Of a stretch of 64,000 bases of DNA, positions 1 to 11,725 are shown piece after piece. The DNA is from Octopus sinensis (taxonomy: Eukaryota). Made by a program: the position numbers and the translations under genes. Numbering within the stretch: the stretch's first letter is position 1; the number at the start of each line of letters is the position of its first letter. Location: contig NC_043007.1 of assembly GCF_006345805.1 (NCBI RefSeq), positions 36,704,001 through 36,768,000 of the forward strand. The letters run 5' to 3'. The notes under the pieces were generated by a model. It made no database searches. It was not told the DNA's origin and saw only the letters and a program-made list of their open reading frames with translations.

Positions 1-463
1 GACCTCGGCGGAATTTGAACTCAGAACGTAGCGGCAGACGAAATACCTATTTCTTTACTACCCACAAGGGGCTAAACATAGAAGGGACAAACAAGGACAG
101 ACAAACAGATTAAGTCGATTACATCGACTCCAGTGCATAACTGGTACTTAATTTATTGACCCTGAAAGGATGAAAGGCAAAGTCGACCTCGGCAGAATTT
201 GAACTCTGAACGTAGCGGCAGACGAAATACCTATTTTTTTACTACCCACAAGGGGCTAAACACAGAAGGGACAAACAAGAACAGACAAACGGATTAAGTC
301 AATTATTATCGACCCCAGTGCGTAACTGGTACTTAATTTATTGATCCCAAAAGGATGAAAGGCAAAGCCGACCTCAGTGGAATTTGAACTCAGAACGTAG
401 CGGCAGACGAAATACGGCTACGCATTTCGCCCGGTGTGCTAACGTTTCTGCCAGCTCGCTGCC
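1..463 (-). mobile_element. tRNA-derived SINE (family A) as a head-to-tail multimer of a ~185-bp unit
   Basis: The unit gacctcggcggaatttgaactc recurs at 1, 185 and 370. The minus strand has an A-box-like TGGCAGAAACGTTAG and a B-box-like GAGTTCAAATT. A monomeric copy lies at 15978-16212 (+). Confidence 0.8.
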
Positions 464-614
464 CACAATAAATGGACGGATGAGAAAGCATCAAATAGAC
501 AAGAGGAACAGTAGATCGAGACTTAGCAGGTACAAAATTATGAAAAGACCAGGTGTATACAAGTACGTGTGTGTGTGTGCAGGGGGGGGTAGGTACAGGT
601 GTGACTGTTTAGGC

Positions 615-985
615 ACAGATGTGGCTGTGTATTAAGAAGTTTACTTCCTAACCCCATGGTTCCAGGTTCAATCTCATGGTGTGGCACTTAATATAACCAT
701 CTTCTATTATAGCCTCAGACTGACCAAAGCCATGTGACTGGACTTGGTAGAAGGAAACTGAAAGAAGCCCATCATATACGTATGTGTATGTGTTTGTTCC
801 AACACCACTACATGATGACCAGTGTTTGTGTGTTTATATCCATGTAACTTAGCAGTTCAGCAATAGGATAAGTACCAGGATTTTTAAAAAATAGAAGTAC
901 TGGGGTCAATCGGTTCAACTAAAGTCCTTCAAGGCTGTGCCCCAGCATGGGCACAGTCAAATGACTGAAACAAGTAAAATGTAGA
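615..985 (+). mobile_element. tRNA-derived SINE (family B), diverged
   Basis: Matches the recurrent ggtgtggctgtgtggtaagaag...ggttcagtcccactg...aagtactggggtcgat...gaaacaagtaaaag consensus seen many times in the window. Confidence 0.75.
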
Positions 986-996
986 AGATAAAAGAT

Positions 997-1195
997 ACAC
1001 ACAGACACAAACACACACACACACTCACACACACACACACACACACACCACACACACACACAAACACACACACACACACTTACACTCAGTTACACACACA
1101 CTCACACACTCACTCACACACACTCTCACACTCTCGCACACACACACACACACACACACTCACACTCACTGACACACAAACACAGACACACTCTC
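997..1195. repeat. Imperfect (CA)n microsatellite
   Basis: Directly visible; it abuts the 5'-truncated mariner. Confidence 0.95.
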
Positions 1196-1197
1196 TC

Positions 1198-2174
1198 GTG
1201 ATTGGTATGCCAAGTTCAAAAATGGAAATTTTGACCTCAAAGACGCACCTCGTTCTGGCCATCCAGTTGAGTTTGATGAAGAGCGATTAAACCAACTTTT
1301 GCACGAAAATTCTCATCAAACGACAAGGGAACTGACAGAGAAAATGAAATGTTCCAACACTGCTATAGAGAAGCATCTTCACGTGATGGGAAAGGTTCAG
1401 AAGTATGGAGCATGGGTTCCGCATGCTTTAAGTGACAAAAAAAAAAAACAACAAGCTACAATCGCCGCTGGTTTGCTTGCTCGTCACCGCTCAACTCATG
1501 GACACAAGCAATGATTTCTTTACTGAATCATTACTGGTGATGAAACATGGTGCCTGTATATCAATATGAAGCAGCGTAAGGAATGGCTTAGCCCCGGTAA
1601 ACAAGCGACACCGCGCATGAAATAAAATCTTCATCCGCATAAAATGATGTTGTGCATATAGTGAGACTGGGAAGGGATTATCCATTACGAATTGCCTGAA
1701 CAGAACCAAACGGTCACCATGGAACTCTATGTTCAACAGATGGAACAGCTCAACACAGCTATTCAAGAGAAAAGACCTAATTGGCAGCACGGAGTTCTTC
1801 TGTTGCACAACAATGCCTGCCCTCATATCGCCAATATGACCATGGAAGCCATTCAAACGCATAGCTGGAAAGTGCTGCCACACCCACCGTACTCTCCTGA
1901 TTTGGCACCAACGGTTTTCCATCTCTTTTAAATGCTATGCTCGGAGTTTCATTCAATACTGATGCAGAATTGAGAAGCTTGGTTGGGTCGATTTTTCGAG
2001 TCTAAATTGGATGATTTCTACCAACAAGGTATTGAAAATCTTGTTGAACGTTGGGAAGAAGTTGTAAATAACAAGGGTGAATACATTATTGATTAATTAG
2101 TTGCTATTTTTTATTAAACCTTTTAAAAAATTTAAATTTTAAAAAATGGTAGTAACATAGTTGCCAACCCGATA
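1198..2174 (+). mobile_element. Mariner transposase remnant, 5'-truncated, with stops and frameshifts
   Basis: Translates to DAPRSGHP, WVPHALS, IITGDETW, LLHNNACPH and HPPYSPDLAP (mariner WVPHEL, D,D34D and YSPDLAP motifs). A TIR-like end ttgccaacccgata sits at 2161-2174. Confidence 0.92.
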
Positions 2175-2228
2175 TTTATATATATATATGTATAGACACA
2201 CACACACATATGCATACATATATGTGTG

Positions 2229-2459
2229 TAGCCTTTGTCAGCCTCGTCTGGCACCTGTGCCAGTGGCACGTAAAAAGCACCCACTACACTCACGGAGTGG
2301 TTGGCGTTAGGAAGGGCATCTAGCTGTAGAAACACTGCCAGATCAGACTGGGCCTGGTGCAGCCTTCTGGCTTCCCAGACCCTAGTTGAACCGTCCAACC
2401 CATGCTAGCATGGAAAGCGGACGTTAAACGATGATGATGATGATGATGATGATGATGAT
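2229..2459 (+). mobile_element. RTE-LINE 3'-tail / SINE-like repeat (family C) ending in (GAT)n
   Basis: ggttggcgttaggaagggcatc...ccatgctagcatggaa...gatgatgat. The same tail follows RTE coding remnants at 10930-11725 and 23530-24330. Confidence 0.8.
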
Positions 2460-2660
2460 ATATATATATGTACACATATACACACACACATACATATTCA
2501 TGCACACAAATATACATAAATACACATTCACACACATTTCTTGATCCTTCTTATGTTCAGTACAGTTTTTAAGTACTTTCATAGTATATTATTATTATCA
2601 TCGGGATCATTATTATAATTATTATTATTATTATCATTATTATTATTATTATTATTATTC

Positions 2661-3100
2661 AGTAGTTTTATTTTTATAGTGTGCTTTCACTTCACTACCG
2701 AGCGCAGCTCTGTGTGCCTTAGGTATGTGCTGTGATTTGTTGTGATGCTCTGATGGTTATTGTATGGAAAGTGTTCTGCGTAGGATGTGTGCAGTGCCTA
2801 GTAGTGCAATTTTCTGTATGTTATATGTGTTTGTAAGTCCTGGTGTTTTTGTTATGTATTTGTCTGAATATTTTTTTATCATGCCTAATGCACCTACTAT
2901 GATAGGAATTGTTTCTGTTTTCAGATTCCACATTCTAGTTACCTCTATTTCCAGGTCTTTGTATTTTGAGAGTTTCTCCATTTCTTTTAGAGACACGTTG
3001 TCATCTGCCGGTATTGATACATCAATTAGAAAGCATTTTATTTCTTCATGATCTCTGACAACTATATCTGGTCTGTTGGCCTTAATTTCTCTGTGTGTGT
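2661..3100 (-). mobile_element. 5'-truncated R4/Dong-type non-LTR retrotransposon (restriction-like endonuclease C-terminus) in a (TAA)n tract
   Basis: Minus strand reads RPDIVV...LIDVSIPADDNVSLKEMEKLSKYKDLEIEVTRMWNLKTETIPIIVGALG (PD-(D/E)xK RLE), then a 3' UTR and a (TAA)n tail. (ATT)n lies on both sides (2590-2660, 3105-3186). Confidence 0.85.
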
Positions 3101-3103
3101 GTC

Positions 3104-3154
<51 letters not shown>

Positions 3155-3186
3155 CATTATTATTATTATGATAATTATTATTATTG

Positions 3187-4024
3187 TTAAGTCATCAGTG
3201 GCATGCTGATGGAGACCTTGATAGACTTCGACATGATATTCTTTCTGCTCAGTGGTCAGCACACAGGGGACAAACTTGGCAGAGACATGCCGCATGTTCA
3301 ATTGAGACAGGCCAAAAAACATCAGCAATGTCATTGATTGTCCTCCAACAATTCTCACACACAAGCTGATGAATTTTTTCCACATTTCAGGAGGTGATAC
3401 ACATGGCAGGCCTTCCAGATTGCTCATTGTCTTCCAAGGACAGTCTTTCACTTTTGAAGCGCTCGCGTCACTTGAAACATTGCGAATGACCCATTGCCTC
3501 GTCACCGTAAGCTTGCCAAAGCATCCTCAATGTCTCTGAAGCAGCCTTCCCAAGTTTAACCCTTTAGCATTCAGATTAATCTGTCAAATGTAAAAACCTG
3601 TTTAATTACATTTTTTTAAATTAATTGTACATCATCTTGTAACTCTGAGATTTTGATGATGCCCCTGTTTATTTTTAGAACGACTTTGTAGGGTAGGTGT
3701 GAGAGGTCAGAGCTGGCTGGTTTGAGCATAAAACAGGAAGACAATTTTGGCCTGATATGGCCAGTTTAAACACTAATGGGTTAACACAAAATTTCACGTT
3801 GGTTCTTTGTTCCAACTTCCTGACCGTGACAAAATTGCAGACTACAGCATACGCATGATCATAAAAACACAAATTTCACAACTTCTGAAGTAAACATAGC
3901 AAATGTCACTCGACACACCACCTTATAAAAGTCCCTATTAGCTTTCACTGCACATGCAACCATATAGTGCCATCTGTTGGCATGCTATAGAACTAGTCCT
4001 GGGACTTTTTGGTACCACCTCATA
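3187..4024 (-). mobile_element. Mariner element 5' half, interrupted by a TTAA-specific MITE
   Basis: 5' TIR tatgaggtggtaccaaaaagt at 4024. The reading LEQRTNVKFCV|KLGKAASETLRMLWQAYGDEAM...RHVSAKFVP rejoins exactly when 3560-3784 is removed. Confidence 0.88.
3556..3784. mobile_element. piggyBac-like MITE (221 bp) with TTAA target-site duplication
   Basis: TTAA|CCCTTTAGCATT ... AACACTAATGGG|TTAA. Related fragments lie near 31930, 44800-45000 and 54470-54690. Confidence 0.85.
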
Positions 4025-4168
4025 TATACATGTGTATGTGTGTGATATTACACCTGAGAAATTAAAGTAAATTATACAGAGAAGATATATAAAAAAAACA
4101 ACTTTTGCTGGGGGGCTTTTTCATTTTAAATATTTATATGTAGCATGTGTAAGTCTTAGATATAAGTA

Positions 4169-4620
4169 GTGTGTGTGTGTGTGCGTGTGCGTGTGTGTGT
4201 GTGTGTCTGTGTGTGTGTGTGTGTGTGTGTTCCATCTTGTACTTACTAACCAGCTCTACTAACATATTTTTTTCATTTATATTTGGCTCCTCTGTCTTAC
4301 TTTTTTTCATTATTATTGTTGTCATTGATGCTGGTGATGGTGATGGAAGTGATGGGGATGTTGATATTGTTGTTGTTGTTGTTGTTGATGGTGGTGGTAG
4401 TGTGAATAATAGTGTTGTTGGTGGCAGTGATAGCACTTTTGCAGTTAATGTTGTTGTTGTTGGTGGTGGTGATGATGGTAATGACACCAATGTCGTAGCT
4501 GTGTGTGTTGGTATATTATATTATATTATATTATATTATATATATATATATTATATATATATATATATACACATACATACATACATATATATATATATAC
4601 ACACATATATATACAAATTA
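4169..4620. repeat. Compound microsatellites (TG, GTT/GAT, TA, TACA)
   Basis: Directly visible; they explain the low-complexity ORFs 4134-4490 and 4171-4662. Confidence 0.9.
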
Positions 4621-5017
4621 CTTTTCTCATTCATTTATTTCTGTGTGTTTATTTATAAATGAAAAATCTATATGAATGAAACACTAGAATTTGAAACAAG
4701 AATCATCAAGCCATTGATTACATAGTCTGTTCATTGACCTACCTAACTTCCATACATCCATACCTACGCCTCTTCCCCACAGTGTCTCTCTAGCTATTTG
4801 TCTATCTGTGATATGATCTCCCATTATATCGGTTCCCCAACCACCACCACCACTCTTCTAGTTATCTGCTTCCATCTCTGATTTCCCAGTTACTCACTTA
4901 GTCTTTCTCCCTCTACACATGTTTCCCATATAGGTATTTATGTGCACTAGTACATGTTACTCAGATATCATACATACATACATACATACAACCCCCCCCC
5001 CACGCACACACATATAT

Positions 5018-5219
5018 TTAGAAGGTTGTTTGTTATTGTCGGTCAGAGAGTTCCCATAGGTTTTGCACCTATAAAGTGCATAGGCAACACATCAGACTCA
5101 TTGGCTGGAGATACATATAGAGTGTCATTGAGTCTGGTGAGTTACCTATACAGTTAAGTGCTTTGTAGATGTGAAACCAATGGTCGCTTTCTGACTGGTC
5201 ATAACAAACGACCTTCTAA
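5018..5219. mobile_element. Fold-back MITE with 33-bp imperfect TIRs
   Basis: 5018-5050 matches the reverse complement of 5187-5219 at 27 of 33 positions. An internal inverted pair agactca/tgagtct is also present. Confidence 0.7.
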
Positions 5220-5304
5220 TTATTACCAGTCTAATGTTTTAGAGTCTGTTTCTTTTCAAATATATCAATTACTGACTAATTATATACGCAAGTGAAATTG
5301 AAAT

Positions 5305-5779
5305 CAGATTCGATAACAGCACCGCTTGACTGGCATCCATGCAAGTGGAATGCTAAGAGCACCATCCAAGCGTGATCGTTGCCGGGGCCACTGACTGGCT
5401 CCCATGCCGGTGGCATGTAAAAAGCACGATTCAAGTGTGATCATTACCAGCGTTGCCTTACCAGCACTTGTGCCAGTGGCAACATTCAAGTGAGGTTGTT
5501 GCCAGTGCCACTGGACTGACTCCTGAGCAGGTGGCATGTAAAAAATACCATTTGAGCATGGCCGTTGCCTGTACCGCCTGGCTGGCCCTCGTGCCAGTGG
5601 CACACAAAAACACCCACTACACTCTCGGAGTGGTTGGCATTAAGAAGGGCATCCAGCTGTAGAAACTCTGCCAGATCAGATTGGAGCCTGGTGCAGCCAT
5701 TTGGCTCACCAGTCCTCAGTCAAACTGTCCAATCCATGCCAGCATGGAAAGCGAACATTAAATGATGATGATGATGATT
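5305..5779 (+). mobile_element. Family C repeat, long form with internal gtgccagtggcacgtaaaaagcac sub-repeats
   Basis: Same tail as 2229-2459, ending in (GAT)n. Confidence 0.75.
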
Positions 5780-6400
5780 ATGTAGCCCCAGGTTAGCATG
5801 ATCAAGCAGATCAATGAACAAAGATATTCCTGCTGATTCTATTCCATATTATATGTGTATCTGTATGTATAAAAAAAAATATGTGTATAATATATATATA
5901 TATATATCTGAAAGAGACAAAATTTCATCTCAATAGCAGGCAGTGAGAAGAATGGATTGCCTTTTTTGAGCCTCTTCAAGTGCACATAATTTCTGCCAGC
6001 CATAGAAAAATGTGAATAGAGGATTCACTGATGTTGCAAATAGTTGCCTGGCTAAATAAAAATCTGGTATTCATAACTGGCCATTGCTAGGACAAATTTT
6101 TGTGGCTCTCTGATATTTATTGTGTTTTTTTTGGTATAGCATGTCTCTAAGAGATGCTATCTGAGTACAAATACTGCTGTAACAGGGCTATCAGCTGTGT
6201 GTATACATTGAGCTACACAGCTGACTCTCTCTCTCTCTTTCACTTCCTCTTCAAATATTTATATGCATGTATGTATACACACACACATACATACATACAT
6301 ACATAGTCAAAATACTCACAGAATACAAATGAATTTTTCATCATGATCTTTTTGATGTTATTTAAAATAAATATATTTTTAAAGAAAAACCATACCTTAC

Positions 6401-6534
6401 TTGAACTTTATCTGATAACAGAGTTTTGAGAAAATATATGATTTTAATAACATCACTGAAACACAATGAAAGATTCGAAAGCATCAAAAATTTGTTTGCT
6501 TCCTGAGGTTTATGAAGCTCTTCTAGATTATGGC
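6401..6534 (-). CDS. Candidate internal exon (phase 1 to 0): (G)HNLEELHKPQEANKFLMLSNLSLCFSDVIKIIYFLKTLLSDKVQ
   Basis: tttag acceptor, GTAAGG donor, open frame, unique sequence. No homology recognised, and a competing plus-strand reading exists (6466-6573, GTAAGC donor). Confidence 0.35.
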
Positions 6535-6929
6535 CTAAATCCAAATATACACAGCTTTATACTTCAAAAGGAAGTAAGCAATATCAGAATTCAAGAGTTG
6601 ATATGGTTTGTATATTGTGTCACAATTTGTCTGGTAACAGGTCATGCATTAAAGCATACCATAACATGTGTGTTCTTCTTCTTCATCGTCATTGTTGTCA
6701 TTGCAATTGTCGTCATCATCATTGCACCATGCTTCCACAAGTCAGGCAAGAGTATGCTGGAGTAAAGTTTTCCACAGCTAGATGCCCTTCTTGCTATCAA
6801 CCTCCATCTATTTCTAACTGATGTAATAACCTTCCAGTGTGGGCATGTTCACCTGGAGAAGCGGAAATGAACAATACTGATAATAGCCTTTTGTTTAGAA
6901 AAAATATACGTCAAGATATATATATATTT

Positions 6930-7084
6930 ATATCAAGGGCATTACTATACATAAATGCCTCATGCTAGGAGGGACTCTTGAAGCTAAAACTACCATAATA
7001 AATAGACACATTTATTATGGTAGTTTTGACTTTAAGAGTCCCTCCTAGAATGAGGCATTTATGTATAGTAATGCCCTTAATATA
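6930..7084. mobile_element. Near-perfect palindromic element beside (TA)n
   Basis: Arms of ~70 bp (aagggcattactatac...ataataaat and its reverse complement) around a 6-nt loop agacac. Confidence 0.8.
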
Positions 7085-7199
7085 AATAAATATATTTAAG
7101 AAGAATAATTGATGGATTTTTCCCTTATGAGGTTTTTCACGCTAACTATTTGATAAATTCTTATAAAGATTTTATCCTTAATTTCAATTATACATACAT

Positions 7200-7254
<55 letters not shown>

Positions 7255-7261
7255 CATAAAT

Positions 7262-7439
7262 TTATATCAAGTGGCCAGCATGGAAAAAATAACCTTCAAA
7301 GGTAATAATTATTAAAATTATAAATTAGGGTATCCTGCTACTATTTTCAGCATGGTGGTATCTCGTAGATACCCTAATTTATAATTTTAATAATTATTAC
7401 CTTTGAAGGTTATTTTTTCCATGCTGGCCACTTGATAAA
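7262..7439. mobile_element. Perfect-armed palindromic element between (TA)n tracts
   Basis: atcaagtggccagc...tagggtatc and gataccctaa...ccacttgat flank a 33-nt loop. Confidence 0.8.
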
Positions 7440-7474
7440 ATCGTTATTTTATTTTTAATTAAAAAATCTTATCC

Positions 7475-7505
<31 letters not shown>

Positions 7506-8049
7506 AATCCAAAAAACGGAATAAGAATGTAACAGATGACAATAAAAACATACGGACAGATAGACGATACAAAGATGGACAGGAAAAGCTAGGATGGAAC
7601 ATTCATGGCTTTCTTTCACCAGTCAAGCATCCAATCATCATTACAATTTTGGCCTGTTACACTTGAGACTGTTCAAGATTGGTAGGCCCCAAAAATCTAA
7701 GCTAAGAGCATTAAATTTTTGGAACAAAGCAAGCAAATATGTGTGACAACATAGACAAAAGAACAAGAAAACAGAGAAAATGTTGAATGATTACAAATAC
7801 AAACAACAAGAATAACAACAGGTGTCTTTCAACTAATAAGGACAAGTTAAATTGAGCTGGTGTGTTAAGTGGAAGCCTTAAGGCACAAACATAGATGAAA
7901 GTCAGAATTCAGGAAATTAAGGTGTTGTGTAGGCAGCAGTAAAGCCAAGAAAGAAAGATTATGCTTGGCCAAACATCGATCATGTGGGAGGAACAGAGAG
8001 AGGTAGAGGCAGAGGGTTGAAGAATTGTGTGTGTGTGTGTGTATATATA

Positions 8050-9270
8050 TACGAGGGGTGTTCATTAAAGATTTTCCCTAACTCACTTATTGCAGGAAAC
8101 AGCCTGTACAGGTATAATTATACATGTCTCAATGTCACATTGTAAATTGTAGCTTTCCATTAGTATTCATTTGTTTTTTACGGCTGCTGAAGTGGACAAG
8201 GTGTTATAATGGAAGCAGTTGAATACAGATCAGTGATCAGGTTCCTATACATGTAGGTTGTACACCAAAAGAGATTTTCGATGAGATGAAAGAAGTTTAT
8301 GGTGATGATGCACCATCATACAATGTAGTCAAGCACTGGCATCGCCAGTTAAAATATGGTTGGACATTGGTGGAAACTGCTCCTATTTCTGGATGACCAC
8401 ATTCCGCCATTGATGACAACACCATCCATAAAGTGGAAGACACCGTTCTGGAGGATTGCTGCATATCTATTTGGCAACTAGCCCAAGAAGTGAAGCTAAG
8501 TATAGGGTCCATGGAAAAATTATTCGCAACCATTTGCACATGCAGAAGTTGTCCATACAATAGATTCCTCGGATGCTCACACTTTTCAGAAGCAGGAATG
8601 AGTCCATTGCTCTCAGACTCTTTTGGCAATGTGCCAAGAAGATGAAGAGGACTTTTTCAGCAGACTTATCACACAGGATGAAACATGGGTCCTTCGCTAT
8701 GATCCTGGGTAATGAAAGCTTGGTAACTCACCACCTCCAAAGAAGGCTCGTACCCAACCTTCAGCAGGCAAGGTGATGCTCACGGTCTTTTGGGACCAGC
8801 ACGGAGTAGTAATGATGGATCTTCTGGCAAAGGGCACCACAATTAACAGAGTATATTATGCTTCTCTGCTGCAGAAATTGCAGATGCCATCAAAGTGGAG
8901 ACACATAGCATGTTGACCAAAGGAGTCTGCCTCCTCCAAGATAACACCTCGGTTTACAATGCGCATGTTGCCCAGATGAAAGCACACTCCTGTGGCTACG
9001 AAATCCTCCCTCATCCATCCTACTCTCTTGACCTCAAACCATCTGACTTCCACCTCTTTCCAACCATGAAGTTGTTTTTGAAAAGGAAGCACTTTTTGGA
9101 TGATGATGAACTTATATCTGAGGTAAAGTCTTGGCTTCAGATGCAACCTACCAACTTCTACAGAAGAGATCTTTACAGCTGCATAAAGCAATGGGAGAAG
9201 TGTGTTACCATTGGTGGTGACAGTGTAGAGAAGGACCAATAATTGTGCTAAGTTTTGTTAATCCCAGTCT
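8050..9270 (+). mobile_element. Mariner element, near full-length transposase pseudogene
   Basis: 5' TIR tacgaggggtgttc. Translates to EYRSVIRFL, TQDETWV, LLQDN and HPSYSLDLKPSDFHLF, with many stops and frameshifts. No 3' TIR found. Confidence 0.9.
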
Positions 9271-10103
9271 TTGAGAGGTGGGTCATATTTAAAATACTAA
9301 TATGTATACATACACATACATATACATGCATATATCATGATCATGATGATGATCATCATCGTTTAATGTCCACCTTCCATGCTAGCATGGATGTAATGGT
9401 TTCACAAGAGCTGGCAAGGAAGAAGCCTGCACCAGACTTCTGTAACTGCTTTGGCAGGACTTTTACAGCTGGATGCTCTTCCTAGCACCAACCATTCAGC
9501 AGAATGGACTTAGTGCATTTTACATGGCACAAGCACAGGCGAGGTCAGTAGTGCTTTTTATGTGATACAAACAAAGGTGAGGTCAGTTATGCTTTTTATG
9601 TGGCATAAGTACAGGCAAGGCCAGTTTTAGCAAGGTTTTTACTGCTGGATGCCCTTCCAAACACCAACCACTTTACAGTGCGGATTGGGTGCTTTTAAGT
9701 GGAACCTGCACTGACAGGGTCACCAAGTACTTGCAAGACAAAGAAAAAAACTTTCAAGAGGGGTGTGGGCATTAGAGAAGGTGATCTTATGTCAGATGAT
9801 GAAAGGTTATAGTGAAACAGAAAGACAGAAACAGGTGCCTTGCTGTAGAGGAAGTACAAGGTTACCTGGTTAGAGAGAGAGAGAGAGAGAGATCTGGAAT
9901 GATGACAAAAACAGGTGCACTACTGCAGAGGAAATACTTGGTTACCCAACCTGGACGAAGTGCTATAGAAGGAGAGACAGCAGAATAGAGATGGTGCCAA
10001 AATGCAAAAATGCCAGGCATACTCACAAGGAATGAGGATCAGAATATATACCACAAGGAAAGGGGATCAGAATATAATATATATATATATATGTTTAATA
10101 TAT

Positions 10104-10760
10104 ATATTTTTTAATAATATATTATTATTAATATCAGGAAATCAATATCAGATAAGCATTTATAGACAGAGGAATTACCAAGGAGACATATATGAATTTC
10201 AAGATTCTCATACCAAAGTATATACAAATTTCACATTTCTAAACTAAGTATATGAACTATATTTGGAATACAAGACAATATAACAAATTTTGCATATGAA
10301 TATTATGGATTATTGCAGAAGACTAACCAAGGAAGTATATATGAATTTAAAGACTCTCACCAAAAACAGTAATTTTTCATTTTTAATTTATATTTCAAAC
10401 AAGCACCATTTTATAGTATTACTTCAAATTTAAAAAAAAACTACCATTCGATATGTTATACAAAATTCAAATTTTATATCTCTGAAGAGTAGAAGAGTTG
10501 TCTATAAATGCTTATCAATATAGGATTTCATTATAGGGACAGCACTTCTGTGAAATGATCGTAAAATGCTTTAAATACTTAATTCAAAACTTTTAAACTG
10601 TCATATACATTATATACTTATACATATTTACATATACTTTTATACATATTTATATATTTTTAATACAACAATTATTTTCCACACGTGTATATCTTTCTGA
10701 GGAGTTTTCGATATTGATTTCCTGATATTAATAATAATATATTATTAAAATATATATATA
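10104..10760. mobile_element. (TA)n-flanked AT-rich element with 41-bp perfect terminal inverted repeats
   Basis: 10109-10149 is the reverse complement of 10710-10750. A second 18-bp perfect inverted pair is 10151-10168 / 10499-10516. Confidence 0.65.
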
Positions 10761-10929
10761 TATATATAATCGCTTGTATTAAATATATAAATACTTTAAT
10801 AGTATTAATACTTTGATATAATAGAGCACTCAATATAGATTCAGTATATAATATTCTCGTTGAATATATTTAACTAAAGATTTATGTTTAATATAATATA
10901 TAGATATATATTGGAAGTTGAAGAAAATG

Positions 10930-11725
10930 AAACTAGTATTGCTCTGCTGGATGTGTAATGTCAGTGTGCATACATGACAGAGTGTAAGCTCTCTGAGAGA
11001 GAAGTTGGAGATAAGTATCAGATGTGGTGTGCAAAAGAGATGACTGCGCTAGTATGGTCATGTTTTATATATGGATGAGGACAGCAGTGTGAAGAAGTGT
11101 CACACTCTAACAATGGAGGGTACCAGTGGAAGAGATAGACCCAGGAAGACATGAGATGAGGTGGTGAAGAACAACCTTCAAATGTTAGGACTTATAGAGG
11201 CAATGACAAATGATCAAGACCTCTGTCTGGAGATATACTGTGCTTGAGAAGACCTGGCAAGCCAAGTGAGACAGTAATTGTGGTCATTGCCAGTGTCGCA
11301 TAACTAGCCCATTGAAGAGCACCCTTCAATTGTTGAGCAATAATGCTGTACTTGTGAACACCTGTTGAATCAAGTGAGATTGTATTCGTGACCAATACCA
11401 GTGCTACATGAATGGCACCTGTGCCAGTGGCACATAAAAAACACCATTCAGGCATGGTCAATACTAGTGCCACCTGACTACCTCCTGTCCCAGTGGCATG
11501 TAAAAAGCACTATTTGAGTGTGGTCGATGCCAGTGCCACCTGATTGCCTCCTGTGCTGGTGGCACATAGAAAGCACCTACTACACTTTGAGTGGTTGACT
11601 TAGGAAGGGCATCCAGCTGTAGAAACCTTGCCAAATCAGATTGGAGCCTGGTGCAGCCTCCCAGTTTGCCACTCGCAATGAAACTGTCCAACCCATGCCA
11701 GCATGAAAAGTGGACATTAAACACT
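10930..11725 (+). mobile_element. RTE LINE 3' end plus family C tail
   Basis: Decayed LRWYGHV..MDEDS..KKC...GRxRPRKTW..DRDLWR C-terminus followed by the family C 3' tail. Confidence 0.75.

Noticed and set aside
1-463. Regularly spaced repeats resembling a CRISPR array
   Set aside because: The whole 185-bp unit repeats with no unique spacers, it is a SINE body, and no cas genes are present.
4134-4662. 118-aa and 163-aa ORFs
   Set aside because: They are translations of TG, GTT, GAT and TA microsatellites. The same applies to ORFs at 19801-20346, 20888-21222, 35850-36277, 51494-51756 and similar.
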